Positions 8,301 to 15,668 of a stretch of 47,794 nucleotides of DNA are shown piece by piece. The DNA comes from Acetobacteraceae bacterium (lineage in GTDB: Bacteria; Pseudomonadota; Alphaproteobacteria; Acetobacterales; Acetobacteraceae). The position numbers and the translations under genes were made by a program. The notes beneath the pieces were generated by a model, which had not been told where the DNA came from, did not search any database, and saw only the letters and a list, made by a program, of their open reading frames with translations. Numbering within the stretch: position 1 is the first letter of the stretch; every line of letters begins with the position of its first letter. The stretch spans positions 1-47,794 of the forward strand of contig DAIDIQ010000025.1 of assembly GCA_027459285.1 (NCBI GenBank), written 5' to 3'.

Positions 8301-10550
8301 CAGCACGGTGCGCGCGCTGACACCGCGCCCGGCGGGATCGTCGATGGTTGCCGCGATGTCGGCCTGCAGCGCCTTGCTGGTGTCGGGCAGGCGCGTGAGG
8401 TCGACAGGCACACTGGTATGGCCTTCAGCGTCCGTCGACGCGATGGTGCCATTGGCCTGATGGCCGGTGTAACCGTCATCGGCGAGGCCGAAGCGGAAAA
8501 TTTTGTAGGCGGGGAACGGCGTCGCGTCCGTCTCGAGCGTGATTGTGCTGGTGCCGGCAAGATTGCCGCCAGGTGCGCCATAGAGAAAACGGACAGTCAG
8601 CGGCAGCGCGGTGACGCGCCCAGGCATGAGGCGCCGGGGGGATTGCGGGGCGAACGCCACGGCCAGGCGAGGCGGCACGAAGGCATCGACCTGAAAGCCG
8701 CGATCGGCGATGACCGGGCCCTTGGGATCGGTTTTGACCTGGATGTCCCAGGTGCCCAAGGGCGCGCCGGGAGAGAGGTGCAGCGCGTCATGGATCGCAT
8801 CGTCGTCGAAGCGTGCCGGCACGCTATCCTGAAAGACGCGCCCGTCCGGCCGTGTGAGGATGAGATGCAGGGGCAGATCGAGCGGCGCGCCGCTTTCGTC
8901 GCGGATCAGACCCATGATCTGTACCGTCTCACCCGGCCGATAGATGCCGCGATCGGTCCAGAGGAACGGATCGATCGGCCCGGGCTGCTGGTTGCCGGCG
9001 GAGCCGCGATCGGACAGATCGAAATCGGGCGCGGTCAGGTCGATGCGGGTGAAATCCCCGCCGGGGGCGCTGATGTGCAGTGCCGCGGGCGCCTGTCCGT
9101 TCTCGCCAGCCAGCAGCGGCCGGGCGACGCGCGCCATGCCATTCTGGTCGGTGGCCGCGGTGGCGAGGATTGCGTTATTGCTGGCGATGAGATCGATCTG
9201 TGCGCCCGCGACCGGCAGACCCGTGGCGTAGCTGCGGACCTGCACCAGATCGCCGTCGGCGCCGTGCCAGACGGTGGGGGCCAGATCGGTGCGCAGGATC
9301 ATTTGCACGGCGGCGGGTGCTTCGCCCGGCGCGAACGGGGTGCCGTCACCCTCGGTTGCGATCAGCGCGTAAAGACCCGGGCCAGACAATGGCCGGGGCA
9401 GCGGCAGCACCGTATGCAGCAGCGTGTTGCGCGTGAAATTGGCGATGTCGGCATGGCCGGTCCAGACCACCTGACCCTGGCTCCGGGCCAGGCTCTGCGC
9501 GCCGTAGACGCCGATCGGGCTGCCGCCTGGCGGATAGGCGCGCATGACGCGCAGCAGGTTGCGTTCGCTGATCTTCACCAGCTTCAGCGAAACGGCGGAG
9601 AGATTGACGCTCGCCAGCGCGACCGTCGCCTGGGCGCCCTTGGGCTGAAGGTAGCGCGCCCCGTCGAACACGAGGCGTGGCGTGCGGTCAGGGACGGCGA
9701 CCGGTACCGTTACATCCTGTGTGAGCGACAACCCGCCATTTCCCGGCATGCCGCGGCGCAGCGTCACCCGCGTGGTTGCGCCGGCGGGCAGGCCGGCGAT
9801 GCAGATACGGTGCGATTCGAGCGTGACCGCCGCATCCGCCACCTTGGGCTCAAGGGTCACCCAGTCGGCCGGAACGAAATCGGGTGCGCTGGAGGGTTGG
9901 CCGAGAAAGGCGAGGCAGGCCCGCGTGGGGAAGGCGTTGGCATCGATGGCGACCGCGCGGAGCAGAAGGCCAAGCGCCCGGCGCTGGGCCAGCAGTTTGG
10001 CGCGCGCCGGCTCATCGGTCGGCATGCGGCGTATCATCGCCTCGAGCACGGATGCCTCGGGCAGCGGCAGGTGGAGCGCCGCGAGCGCCTCGCGCATGAG
10101 ACCGAGCGCCGCGAGTTGGTCGGCTATGACGGCGGTGCCGTGCTGGTCGACATTCGTGAACGCGAACCACGCGGCCTCCAGCGCCTGCCGGGGCGCGGGC
10201 GGGTGGATGCGCAACGCCGATACTGCGAGGGCACGCCAGATTTCGGCGCTGGGTACGGCCCGCGTGCCAATGCCGCCAATGACCATCCGCAGGGCGGGTA
10301 GTGCCTTGGCATAATCCTTCGCGGCCAGCGCCGTCATCGCCGCCTGCTCCGCCTCGCGCAGGCTGGCATCCGACAGACCGCCCGGATAGGCGGCGCGCAG
10401 CCGCGCCGCGAAACCCTCCGCGTCGCGTTGCAGACCGGGGAGGTCGATTTCTGAGGCGGCCGGCTGCGCCATGGCGGCGCGCGGTGCCAGGCTGCTCGAG
10501 GCCAGGGCGAGGATCAGGGCGCAGGTGCCGAGCCGCCGGAGTGGGTGCAT
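5352..10550 (-). CDS. yfhM: Bacterial alpha-2-macroglobulin family protein (YfhM/ECAM type, thioester-containing)
   Basis: 1732 aa. It has an N-terminal Sec-type signal (MHPLRRLGTCALILALASSSLAPRAAMA). The thioester motif LDCLEQLTSRG has CLEQ encoded at 6645-6656. Large size and pairing with pbpC are characteristic. Confidence 0.9.
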   Translation of the reverse strand: MHPLRRLGTCALILALASSSLAPRAAMAQPAASEIDLPGLQRDAEGFAARLRAAYPGGLSDASLREAEQAAMTALAAKDYAKALPALRMVIGGIGTRAVPSAEIWRALAVSALRIHPPAPRQALEAAWFAFTNVDQHGTAVIADQLAALGLMREALAALHLPLPEASVLEAMIRRMPTDEPARAKLLAQRRALGLLLRAVAIDANAFPTRACLAFLGQPSSAPDFVPADWVTLEPKVADAAVTLESHRICIAGLPAGATTRVTLRRGMPGNGGLSLTQDVTVPVAVPDRTPRLVFDGARYLQPKGAQATVALASVNLSAVSLKLVKISERNLLRVMRAYPPGGSPIGVYGAQSLARSQGQVVWTGHADIANFTRNTLLHTVLPLPRPLSGPGLYALIATEGDGTPFAPGEAPAAVQMILRTDLAPTVWHGADGDLVQVRSYATGLPVAGAQIDLIASNNAILATAATDQNGMARVARPLLAGENGQAPAALHISAPGGDFTRIDLTAPDFDLSDRGSAGNQQPGPIDPFLWTDRGIYRPGETVQIMGLIRDESGAPLDLPLHLILTRPDGRVFQDSVPARFDDDAIHDALHLSPGAPLGTWDIQVKTDPKGPVIADRGFQVDAFVPPRLAVAFAPQSPRRLMPGRVTALPLTVRFLYGAPGGNLAGTSTITLETDATPFPAYKIFRFGLADDGYTGHQANGTIASTDAEGHTSVPVDLTRLPDTSKALQADIAATIDDPAGRGVSARTVLPIRPSAAMIGIAEDFAGNAVNANTKARFRLIAVAPDGKRIAMPVLLRLVRQTPDWRLAVSNGQARYETVWRNQPVDSRTITLPASGRAVSYARTLPFGRYRLTVLQANGGLAATSVVFHAGWAAGENPDVPARVSVRADKPRYAPGDTATIHVEAPYAGPATVLVMTDRVQRVFNLVPASPDFDVTIPVAAGWGPGAYIGVHVFRPDQPAKAGKPEVPPARAIGLAWVALDPAPRTLAMTLDAKPLYRPRTHVVIPVHTAPGAYVTLAAVDEGILALTDFKTPDPLRHFFGKRRLGVGIRDDFARLLPPAGDANTILHQGAGADIAAPSAPIPQTIVSLFAGPVRSGPDGIARLPLDLPDFDGTLRLMAVAWSDRKTGSVGQDMVMRDKAIVEPLLPRFLAPGDQARIAVMVQNLELPAGSFTLRLAAAGAIAVAGKEPAPLTLKAGQRVLVPVSLTARAAGTGTLTLTADGPDGFHLSRQSTISVHPARAPVAQVTPVTLPAGGSLTLGPAATGFIPGTWTAGVSFGLGLHYDPAALVHALEAYPLDCLEQLTSRGLPLTFLRGAAAGPDPAGHLQTVIEGLADRQRYDGAFGLWSANGDAEPWLTAYATELLLRAARIGAAVPQPMLNQALGWLAAEVATPPFSPADYAAQAYALYDLALAGKAQAGAIRVAATMIDNEPTPLARAQIAAALARLGQAARAKAIFAALLANPGRQDWAADYGSALRDQFAVAVLIAESGVMPDRLAAIRRALPGAELNPDRLSTQEQAWAAAAAGAMTADTGPVSIREAGRTLGPASSISLPLTGPIALANPGATALPGSIVVQGVPQTAPAAAQAGMGIQRHFHALDGSPLAPDTLTQNTVFVMVIDGKATDGEPHRALLLAGLPAGWEIAGRFPAGKVTGMGWLGTLAATEIQAAADDRYAAVVDLTPSQPAFRLAVMLRAVTPGSFDYPGMTLSDMYRPAIFARQGTMRVAVSPAAP

Positions 10551-11295
10551 CCGATTCTTCCAAAGCCACGCCGGTATTGCTTAGCGCGTCGTGCCGTTCG
10601 CTTCCATCCCGAGCCATGGTGCGCGGGAACCAGCCGCATCGAGAGGCGCGACGTGATCGGGGGCGCGGGTTGGTGCCGGTTGGCGCCGGCATTTACCAGG
10701 CGGCGTGGGTGCTGACGCCAAAATCATCGGTCAAGGAATTCATTCCGGTCCGCAAGGCGGGAATTGAGCCGGTTGGCCTGTGCATGGGCATTTGCGTCTA
10801 TCGTGCCGAAACGCCTTACCTCGGGGAGGTCCGCTTTCCGGGAGGCAGACCAGGTTCACTCATGTGAAAATATTACACCGGTAAAGTCCGGAGTTAACCA
10901 TCTATCCCACGCGAATTCTCGAAAGCGGCTCCCGGACCGATTGACGAGAGGCGCATGGACCAGCCGCAGGATTGGTCTTCGCTTGATTGGAAAGGCGCGC
11001 GAAAGCTTCGTGGCGGCGACGAAAAAAAGCCGCCACCTTGCCTGTGCTCCGTCGGGTCGGGAACGCGGAACAGCGACGATTAAGGCCAGTGGCCGCACGA
11101 TCAGCCCGGCGCCGCGGCATGAAACGTTAAAATACAGTGTCTATGCACGAAAGAAAAATAATTGAATTCGGTCACATAATTTGAGACACTGCGTCGGTAA
11201 AGCACGCGTCCTCTCGGGGAACAGGCGTGTACGGCTGATGCAATCAAAATTTCGCCAGATTGCGCTTATCCTTTTATCAGTCAGGATACCAGTTC

Positions 11296-11499
11296 ATGCT
11301 CAACTTCCGTGATCTTCTCTGCCTCTCTCGGCATTTCGGCGCCATGCTGCGCGACACACGTGGCGTGACCGCGATGGAATATGGCTTGATCGGGGCCGCA
11401 ACCGTGACCGTGATCGGCGTTGCCGTCGCGGCCATCAGCCCGAACCTGTCCTCCATCTGGAATGCGATGAGCACCACCCTCAGCACGGCGGCCGGCTGA
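11296..11499 (+). CDS. flp: Flp family type IVb pilin
   Basis: 67 aa from ATG 11296, with AGGA 9 nt upstream. The Flp motif RG/VTAMEYGLIGAATVTVIG gives the prepilin cleavage site (G then xxxxEY) followed by a hydrophobic helix. The track ORF starts further upstream at TTG 11260. Confidence 0.85.
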   Translation: MLNFRDLLCLSRHFGAMLRDTRGVTAMEYGLIGAATVTVIGVAVAAISPNLSSIWNAMSTTLSTAAG

Positions 11500-11507
11500 A
11501 CGCGATT

Positions 11508-11530
11508 GGCACGGGGCGGCGCCCCGTGCC
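11508..11530 (+). terminator. GC-rich hairpin 9 nt downstream of the flp stop (10-bp perfect stem GGCACGGGGC/GCCCCGTGCC)
   Basis: Perfect inverted repeat read directly from the sequence. No U-tract follows, so it could be an attenuator or mRNA-stabilising hairpin rather than a full terminator. Confidence 0.4.
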
Positions 11531-11560
11531 GCGTCATGCCGTTCCTCGGTGAACCCGTGA

Positions 11561-11585
11561 GCGGCTCCAGCCCGGCTGGAGCCGC
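11561..11585 (+). terminator. Second hairpin after flp (11-bp perfect stem GCGGCTCCAGC/GCTGGAGCCGC, 3-nt loop) followed by ATCGCCATTTTCACTT
   Basis: Perfect inverted repeat with a partial T-run a few nt downstream. It lies between the convergent flp and tadE-like genes. Confidence 0.45.
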
Positions 11586-11731
11586 ATCGCCATTTTCACT
11601 TCGTCCAGAAAACTCAGTCGGTCGGCGGTACGGCTAGTGCGAGGGCCATTCCAAAGCCGGCGTCGAAACGGGAAAATACCTGTCCGGCGCGCATTTGCCA
11701 GGCATCCCGGTCAGCCGGAAACGATCGCGCC

Positions 11732-12148
11732 CTAATATTGAAACACGACCGACGTCGTCAGCCCGATATAGCTCTGCCACGCCGGCAGCAGAAAGGTGAA
11801 GGGATAGCTACCGGTAACCGTGATGCTGGTGCTGCTGGTGCCCTGGCTCGACTGGGTTACCGTCAGGTTCAAGTCATTGGGGTCGAGGAACGGCTCGGCC
11901 GCCGCGATCGTCTGGATTTCGGTGCTGCTCAATTGACAGGCGCTTGCGCGGTAACAGTCAACCAGTGCCGATCGCGCCGCCGCGTTGGTCGCAACCCGCA
12001 ATTCCGTCAGCGTCAGGAAATAGCGACCAAGGTCGAGCACCGAGAAGCAGATCAGAAAGAATATCGACCCGACTAGGCCGAATTCGAGCGCGGTCGCGCC
12101 GCGCCGCCCGATCGGGCGCAAAACCCGTTTAATGAACGCGCACGGCAT
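11732..12148 (-). CDS. tadE: TadE-like pseudopilin
   Basis: 138 aa. The N-terminus RRGATALEFGLVGSIFFLICF is the TadE/TadG N-terminal motif (G/A-T-A-x-E-F). It overlaps the upstream gene by 20 nt. Confidence 0.75.
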   Translation of the reverse strand: MPCAFIKRVLRPIGRRGATALEFGLVGSIFFLICFSVLDLGRYFLTLTELRVATNAAARSALVDCYRASACQLSSTEIQTIAAAEPFLDPNDLNLTVTQSSQGTSSTSITVTGSYPFTFLLPAWQSYIGLTTSVVFQY

Positions 12149-12605
12149 AGGTCGCGGTCGTGCTGGAGAGAAGCGTCGAGCTCAGCCCGGACATGAACTG
12201 GATGGGCAGTGTCGCGCTGATGCTGACCAGAACGCCAGGCGTATTCCCCATGCAGGTGGCCTGACTGGTCGCATCGCAGCCATTCAATGCGCTGGTACTG
12301 CCGGTGGTGGTATCGAGGCAATAACAGGCTACCGCCGGCGTGGACGAAAGGTGCCACCCCGCCGGCAACGCACCCACCACCACATTCTGCATGCCGGTTA
12401 CGTCGGAGGGATTGGTGATCGCATATTCTCCGGCGGTGCGGACCGCCTGCTGCAACGCCACCTCCTGCTGCGCGGCATTGCCGAGCACATAGGCTGCCAG
12501 CATCAACGAGACCATCATCATGCCGATCACCGACATCTCCAGCGCCGCAACCCCGCGCCGATCGCGTCGCAACGCACCGAGATACCGTGGCAGATGCCCG
12601 ATCAT
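12129..12605 (-). CDS. TadE/TadF-like pseudopilin
   Basis: 158 aa from internal ATG 12605, 4 nt after the tadG-like stop. It reads MIGHLPRYLGALRRDRRGVAALEMSVIGMMMVSLML. The track ORF up to 12743 would overlap the tadG-like gene. Confidence 0.7.
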   Translation of the reverse strand: MIGHLPRYLGALRRDRRGVAALEMSVIGMMMVSLMLAAYVLGNAAQQEVALQQAVRTAGEYAITNPSDVTGMQNVVVGALPAGWHLSSTPAVACYCLDTTTGSTSALNGCDATSQATCMGNTPGVLVSISATLPIQFMSGLSSTLLSSTTATYAVRVH

Positions 12606-12609
12606 TTCC

Positions 12610-13971
12610 CTATTCCACCAGCTTGACCGACTGTCCGCTGCTGGTCGGCAGACCGAGCGCCGGGCAGCCATTGGTGCCGAAATAGGAATCGCCGCTGATC
12701 GTGAGCGTGGCGCTGACCAGGATCGAGCAGATGGTTTGCGCATCCGCGCTGCCGCCCCCGGCGAACTTCACCGCGGATGACGGGAAGTAAAGTCCGCCCG
12801 CCATCGCGATGCCGGACCCGCCGGTCACGGTCACCGGCGCGCCCGAGCGTGCATCGACATAGAACAGAATTCCGTCGAACGCCGGATTCCAGCTGTTATT
12901 CGCCGCGGCGCTGAGGGTGACGGTGACGCCGCCGGAAATATCGAGCGAGCCGGTATCGGCACCGTTATTCGGCCCGGTCATGATCAGCGTCACACCCTGG
13001 CCATTGGTGCAACTCGGGCATTGCAGCGTGGCGTTGCCGGTGATGCTGATGTTGGATCCGTAAAAGAAATACATGCCGGGCGACAAATTCACCACATCGG
13101 TGCTGTTGATCTTGAGATCGGCGCCGGCGCAGAACGCCTGAGTGGATGATGGCGGCAGGCTGACCGTGCCGTGCAGCGAGGGCATCGGCCGGCAGCCGGA
13201 TCCGGAAAAGCTCGGCAGCGCCACGGTCTGGACGGCGGCGAACGGGTCGGTGGTCGGCGGCTGGTCGGTCTGCATCGGATAGGTCAGGTCGAGGTGGCCG
13301 TCGCACCCACTGCAATTCCCCGAGCTTATCACCGTCGTCGCGGTGATGGCGGTATTGCCGTTCATGCCGATGCTGTCGCCGGAGGTCGTGTTCGAGGCGA
13401 CGCTGCCTTCGTTGCAGTTGATCGCGCCATTGCCGTTAAAGCCGATGCCCTCGGCCGCGCCGGCCGACAATGCCAGCACACAGGGCGTTGCCGAGGCGGG
13501 AATAATGGTCGCGATCGCACTTTCGGTGATCGTCACCGGCTTTGCCAGGAACAGGCTGGCAAGCATTGGCTGATAGGTCTGGGCAACCACCACCTTGACC
13601 GCGTTGGCCGGGCTCGCGCCCGGGGTGTAGGTTCCGTTACTGCTCCAACTGCCGGTGGAAACACTCAGCGCGCTGGCCGGAAAGCCGGTCATCGACGCAG
13701 CGGCGGTGGCGGAAACGCCCGCGTCCTGGTCACGCATCAGCGCCGAGCCGCCGCTTTCCGCCGCGGCATCGGCCGCGTTCTGCCCCTGCTGGCGTTGCAG
13801 ATACCACATGGCGCCCTCGGTCCCGAGCCCGACCACGCCGACCACCACCACGAGGCAGACCGAGAATATCATCGAGACCGCGCCCCGCCGGTCCCGGCCG
13901 AGCCCGGACAGCGCACCCTGCCAGCGCCACGCGCGCCAGGCGGTGCCGCCAATGCCACAAACCCCGATCAC
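12610..13971 (-). CDS. tadG: TadG-like pilus assembly protein
   Basis: 453 aa, GTG start. It has the N-terminal TadG-type motif RDRRGAVSMIFSVCLVVVVGVVGLG, followed by AMWYLQRQQGQNAADAAA. The remainder is a Gly/Ser/Thr/Cys-rich extracellular region. Confidence 0.75.
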   Translation of the reverse strand: MIGVCGIGGTAWRAWRWQGALSGLGRDRRGAVSMIFSVCLVVVVGVVGLGTEGAMWYLQRQQGQNAADAAAESGGSALMRDQDAGVSATAAASMTGFPASALSVSTGSWSSNGTYTPGASPANAVKVVVAQTYQPMLASLFLAKPVTITESAIATIIPASATPCVLALSAGAAEGIGFNGNGAINCNEGSVASNTTSGDSIGMNGNTAITATTVISSGNCSGCDGHLDLTYPMQTDQPPTTDPFAAVQTVALPSFSGSGCRPMPSLHGTVSLPPSSTQAFCAGADLKINSTDVVNLSPGMYFFYGSNISITGNATLQCPSCTNGQGVTLIMTGPNNGADTGSLDISGGVTVTLSAAANNSWNPAFDGILFYVDARSGAPVTVTGGSGIAMAGGLYFPSSAVKFAGGGSADAQTICSILVSATLTISGDSYFGTNGCPALGLPTSSGQSVKLVE

Positions 13972-13992
13972 GAAACCCGCCGCCCCTCCCCC

Positions 13993-14062
13993 GTTTCCTG
14001 TTTCCTGTTTCCTGTTGCCGGCTTCCTGTATCCGGTTTCCTGTTTCGCGTTTCCGGTTCCTG
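13993..14062. repeat. Array of ten consecutive degenerate heptamers (GTTTCCT x3 perfect, then GTTGCCG GCTTCCT GTATCCG GTTTCCT GTTTCGC GTTTCCG GTTCCTG)
   Basis: Read directly from the sequence. It starts 22 nt upstream of the tadG GTG (13971). It lies in the 323-bp divergent region between the tadG operon and cpaA. A 7-nt period is incompatible with coding. Confidence 0.85.
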
Positions 14063-14102
14063 CCCCGATGAGCCTCGTGGCCGAATTTTTCGACTGAATT
14101 GC

Positions 14103-14118
14103 ATAAGACTTCTTTAAC
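14103..14118 (+). promoter_or_regulatory. CtrA-box-like element ATAA-N7-TTAAC (one mismatch to TTAA-N7-TTAAC)
   Basis: It sits in the only AT-rich patch of the tadG/cpaA divergent region, about 177 nt upstream of the cpaA ATG. In Caulobacter, pilus genes are CtrA-controlled. This is a single imperfect site, so confidence is low. Confidence 0.2.
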
Positions 14119-14294
14119 GGGATCGCATGCACACTGATCGCGCGCGGTTCCGGCGTGGCTCAGCTCCCGGGCGCCACCCGCCAGCCACGCCGATGCCCAG
14201 CAGTTCAGGATCCGCCGATGCTGTTTGCCGCCTGCCGTCCCGCCTCATGCCCGCGCGCGCCCCGCCCCGCGCGGCCACGCCGCGGGCACTGACC

Positions 14295-14837
14295 ATGCCG
14301 CCCTTCGCCTTGCCCTCACTCCCCCTGGTCACCGCGGCGCTCCTTCTCGCCGCGATCCGGATCGGCGCCTTCCTGGTCGCCGCCTGGACCGATCTCTCGC
14401 GCCGGATAATTCCCGATACCGGCTGCCTGATCGTGGCGCTGGCTGGCCTTGGCGCGCGCGCCCTCGCCGGACCGATGGCGCTGCTTCATTCGCTCATGCT
14501 GGCGTTCGCCCTGTTCGTGCTGCTGCTGCTGCTGCATGCCCGCGGCGCGCTCGGCGGTGGCGACGTCAAGCTGCTCGCGGCCGCATCCCTCGGTCTCGCG
14601 CCGCTCGATGTGCTGCATCTGCTCACGCTCACAGCACTCATCGGCGGCGTGCTGGCGCTGTGCCAGCTTGCCTTGCGCCGCCTGCCGCGCCTGCCGACGG
14701 CACCGCGCGGCGCCGGCCTGGTTCGCCGGATTTATGGCGCCGAACTCTGGCGCGCCCACCGCGGGCGTGGCTTGCCTTATGGCATTGCGATTGCCGCCGG
14801 CGGGGTTGCCGTGCTCACCGGGCGGGGGTTCGGCTGA
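14295..14837 (+). CDS. cpaA: Prepilin peptidase CpaA/TadV (A24 family aspartic peptidase)
   Basis: 180 aa from ATG 14295. It is polytopic, with AWTDLSRRIIPD and GGGDVKLLAA motifs carrying the two catalytic Asp of A24 peptidases. The track ORF from 14127 is an Arg/Pro-rich extension. Confidence 0.8.
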   Translation: MPPFALPSLPLVTAALLLAAIRIGAFLVAAWTDLSRRIIPDTGCLIVALAGLGARALAGPMALLHSLMLAFALFVLLLLLHARGALGGGDVKLLAAASLGLAPLDVLHLLTLTALIGGVLALCQLALRRLPRLPTAPRGAGLVRRIYGAELWRAHRGRGLPYGIAIAAGGVAVLTGRGFG

Positions 14838-14840
14838 CCG

Positions 14841-15668
14841 ATGGCCAGTTCGCTCCGCTTTCTTGTCATCGCGGTCATGCTGCTCACGGCAACCGCGCTC
14901 GGCATCATCGGCGTGCAGATCGTCCACCCGGCGCGGGCCCCGCACCACGCCGTGGCAAGCCGGCCGCTCAGCTATCTGGTGGCGAGCCGCGCGCTGCCTG
15001 TCGGCACCCTCGCCAACGACCATGATTTCACGGCCCGGACCGCGCCGGCCGCCTCCGTCCCGGCTGGCGCCATTACCGACAGTCCGGCGGCGCGCGCGCG
15101 GCTGCGCGGGGTTCTGGTCCGCGTCCGCCTCGCGCCCGGCCAGCCGGTCACCATGGCCGATATTCTCACACCGGACGATCATGGCTTCATCGCCCGCATC
15201 CTGCCACCCGGCCGCTGCGCCGTTTCGATCGCGGTCGATCCCGCCACCGGCGTCTCGGGCCTGGTCTGGCCCGGTGATCACGTCGATGTCATTCTCACTC
15301 AGTCGATGGACAATCAGCCCGTCGCCCAGCGCGTGCTCAGCGAGACCATTCTCTCCAATGTCCGCGTCCTCGCGATCGATCAGCGCATCGCGACCGGCCA
15401 GCCCGCCACCGCCACCACCCACCCGCCACGCACCGTGACCCTGGAGGTCACGCCGCGACAGGCCGACAAGCTGACCGTCGCGACGCAGCTTGGCCGCCTC
15501 ACCCTCGCGATCCGCGGCATGGTCGCGCATGCGCCGCCCAAGGGCGCGACCATCGACTCCGTCTATAGCGCCGACGTCTCGCCCGCGCTCGCGCGGCGTG
15601 ACAAGCCGGTCGGCCAGACCGTTCAGGTGATCGAAGGCGACAAGCGAACCCAGGTAATTTTCCAATGA
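14841..15668 (+). CDS. cpaB: Flp pilus assembly protein CpaB/RcpC
   Basis: 275 aa. It has an N-terminal TM segment, then SAF-like and RcpC-like regions (VASRALPVGTL, VRVLAIDQ, TLEVTPRQADKLTVA). It starts 3 nt after the cpaA stop. Confidence 0.8.
   Translation: MASSLRFLVIAVMLLTATALGIIGVQIVHPARAPHHAVASRPLSYLVASRALPVGTLANDHDFTARTAPAASVPAGAITDSPAARARLRGVLVRVRLAPGQPVTMADILTPDDHGFIARILPPGRCAVSIAVDPATGVSGLVWPGDHVDVILTQSMDNQPVAQRVLSETILSNVRVLAIDQRIATGQPATATTHPPRTVTLEVTPRQADKLTVATQLGRLTLAIRGMVAHAPPKGATIDSVYSADVSPALARRDKPVGQTVQVIEGDKRTQVIFQ

Noticed and set aside
5232-10301. 1689-aa plus-strand ORF, the longest plus-strand ORF in this part of the track
   Set aside because: It is exactly antisense to the alpha-2-macroglobulin gene. 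Its composition is dominated by Arg/Gly/Ala/Asp and it has no recognisable motifs. It is a typical stop-free shadow frame of high-GC coding DNA. The minus-strand protein has a signal peptide, a CLEQ thioester and the pbpC pairing.
10551-11295. Riboswitch (c-di-GMP GEMM-I or cobalamin) or sigma-54 promoter upstream of flp
   Set aside because: Inspection by eye found no GEMM core (paired GNRA/receptor with ACGCAAAGC-like segment), no B12 box and no TGGCAC-N5-TTGC element. This cannot be excluded without a covariance-model search.
14127-14294. N-terminal extensions of track ORFs (cpaA from 14127, tadB from 19950, zwf to 27504, pgi to 31680, gnd to 33798, GH63 from 37288, GDE from 35984, LysR from 45092)
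   Set aside because: The extensions overlap upstream genes or are Arg/Pro-rich. Internal ATG/GTG starts sit right after the upstream stop or behind an SD-like sequence, and they restore canonical N-termini.
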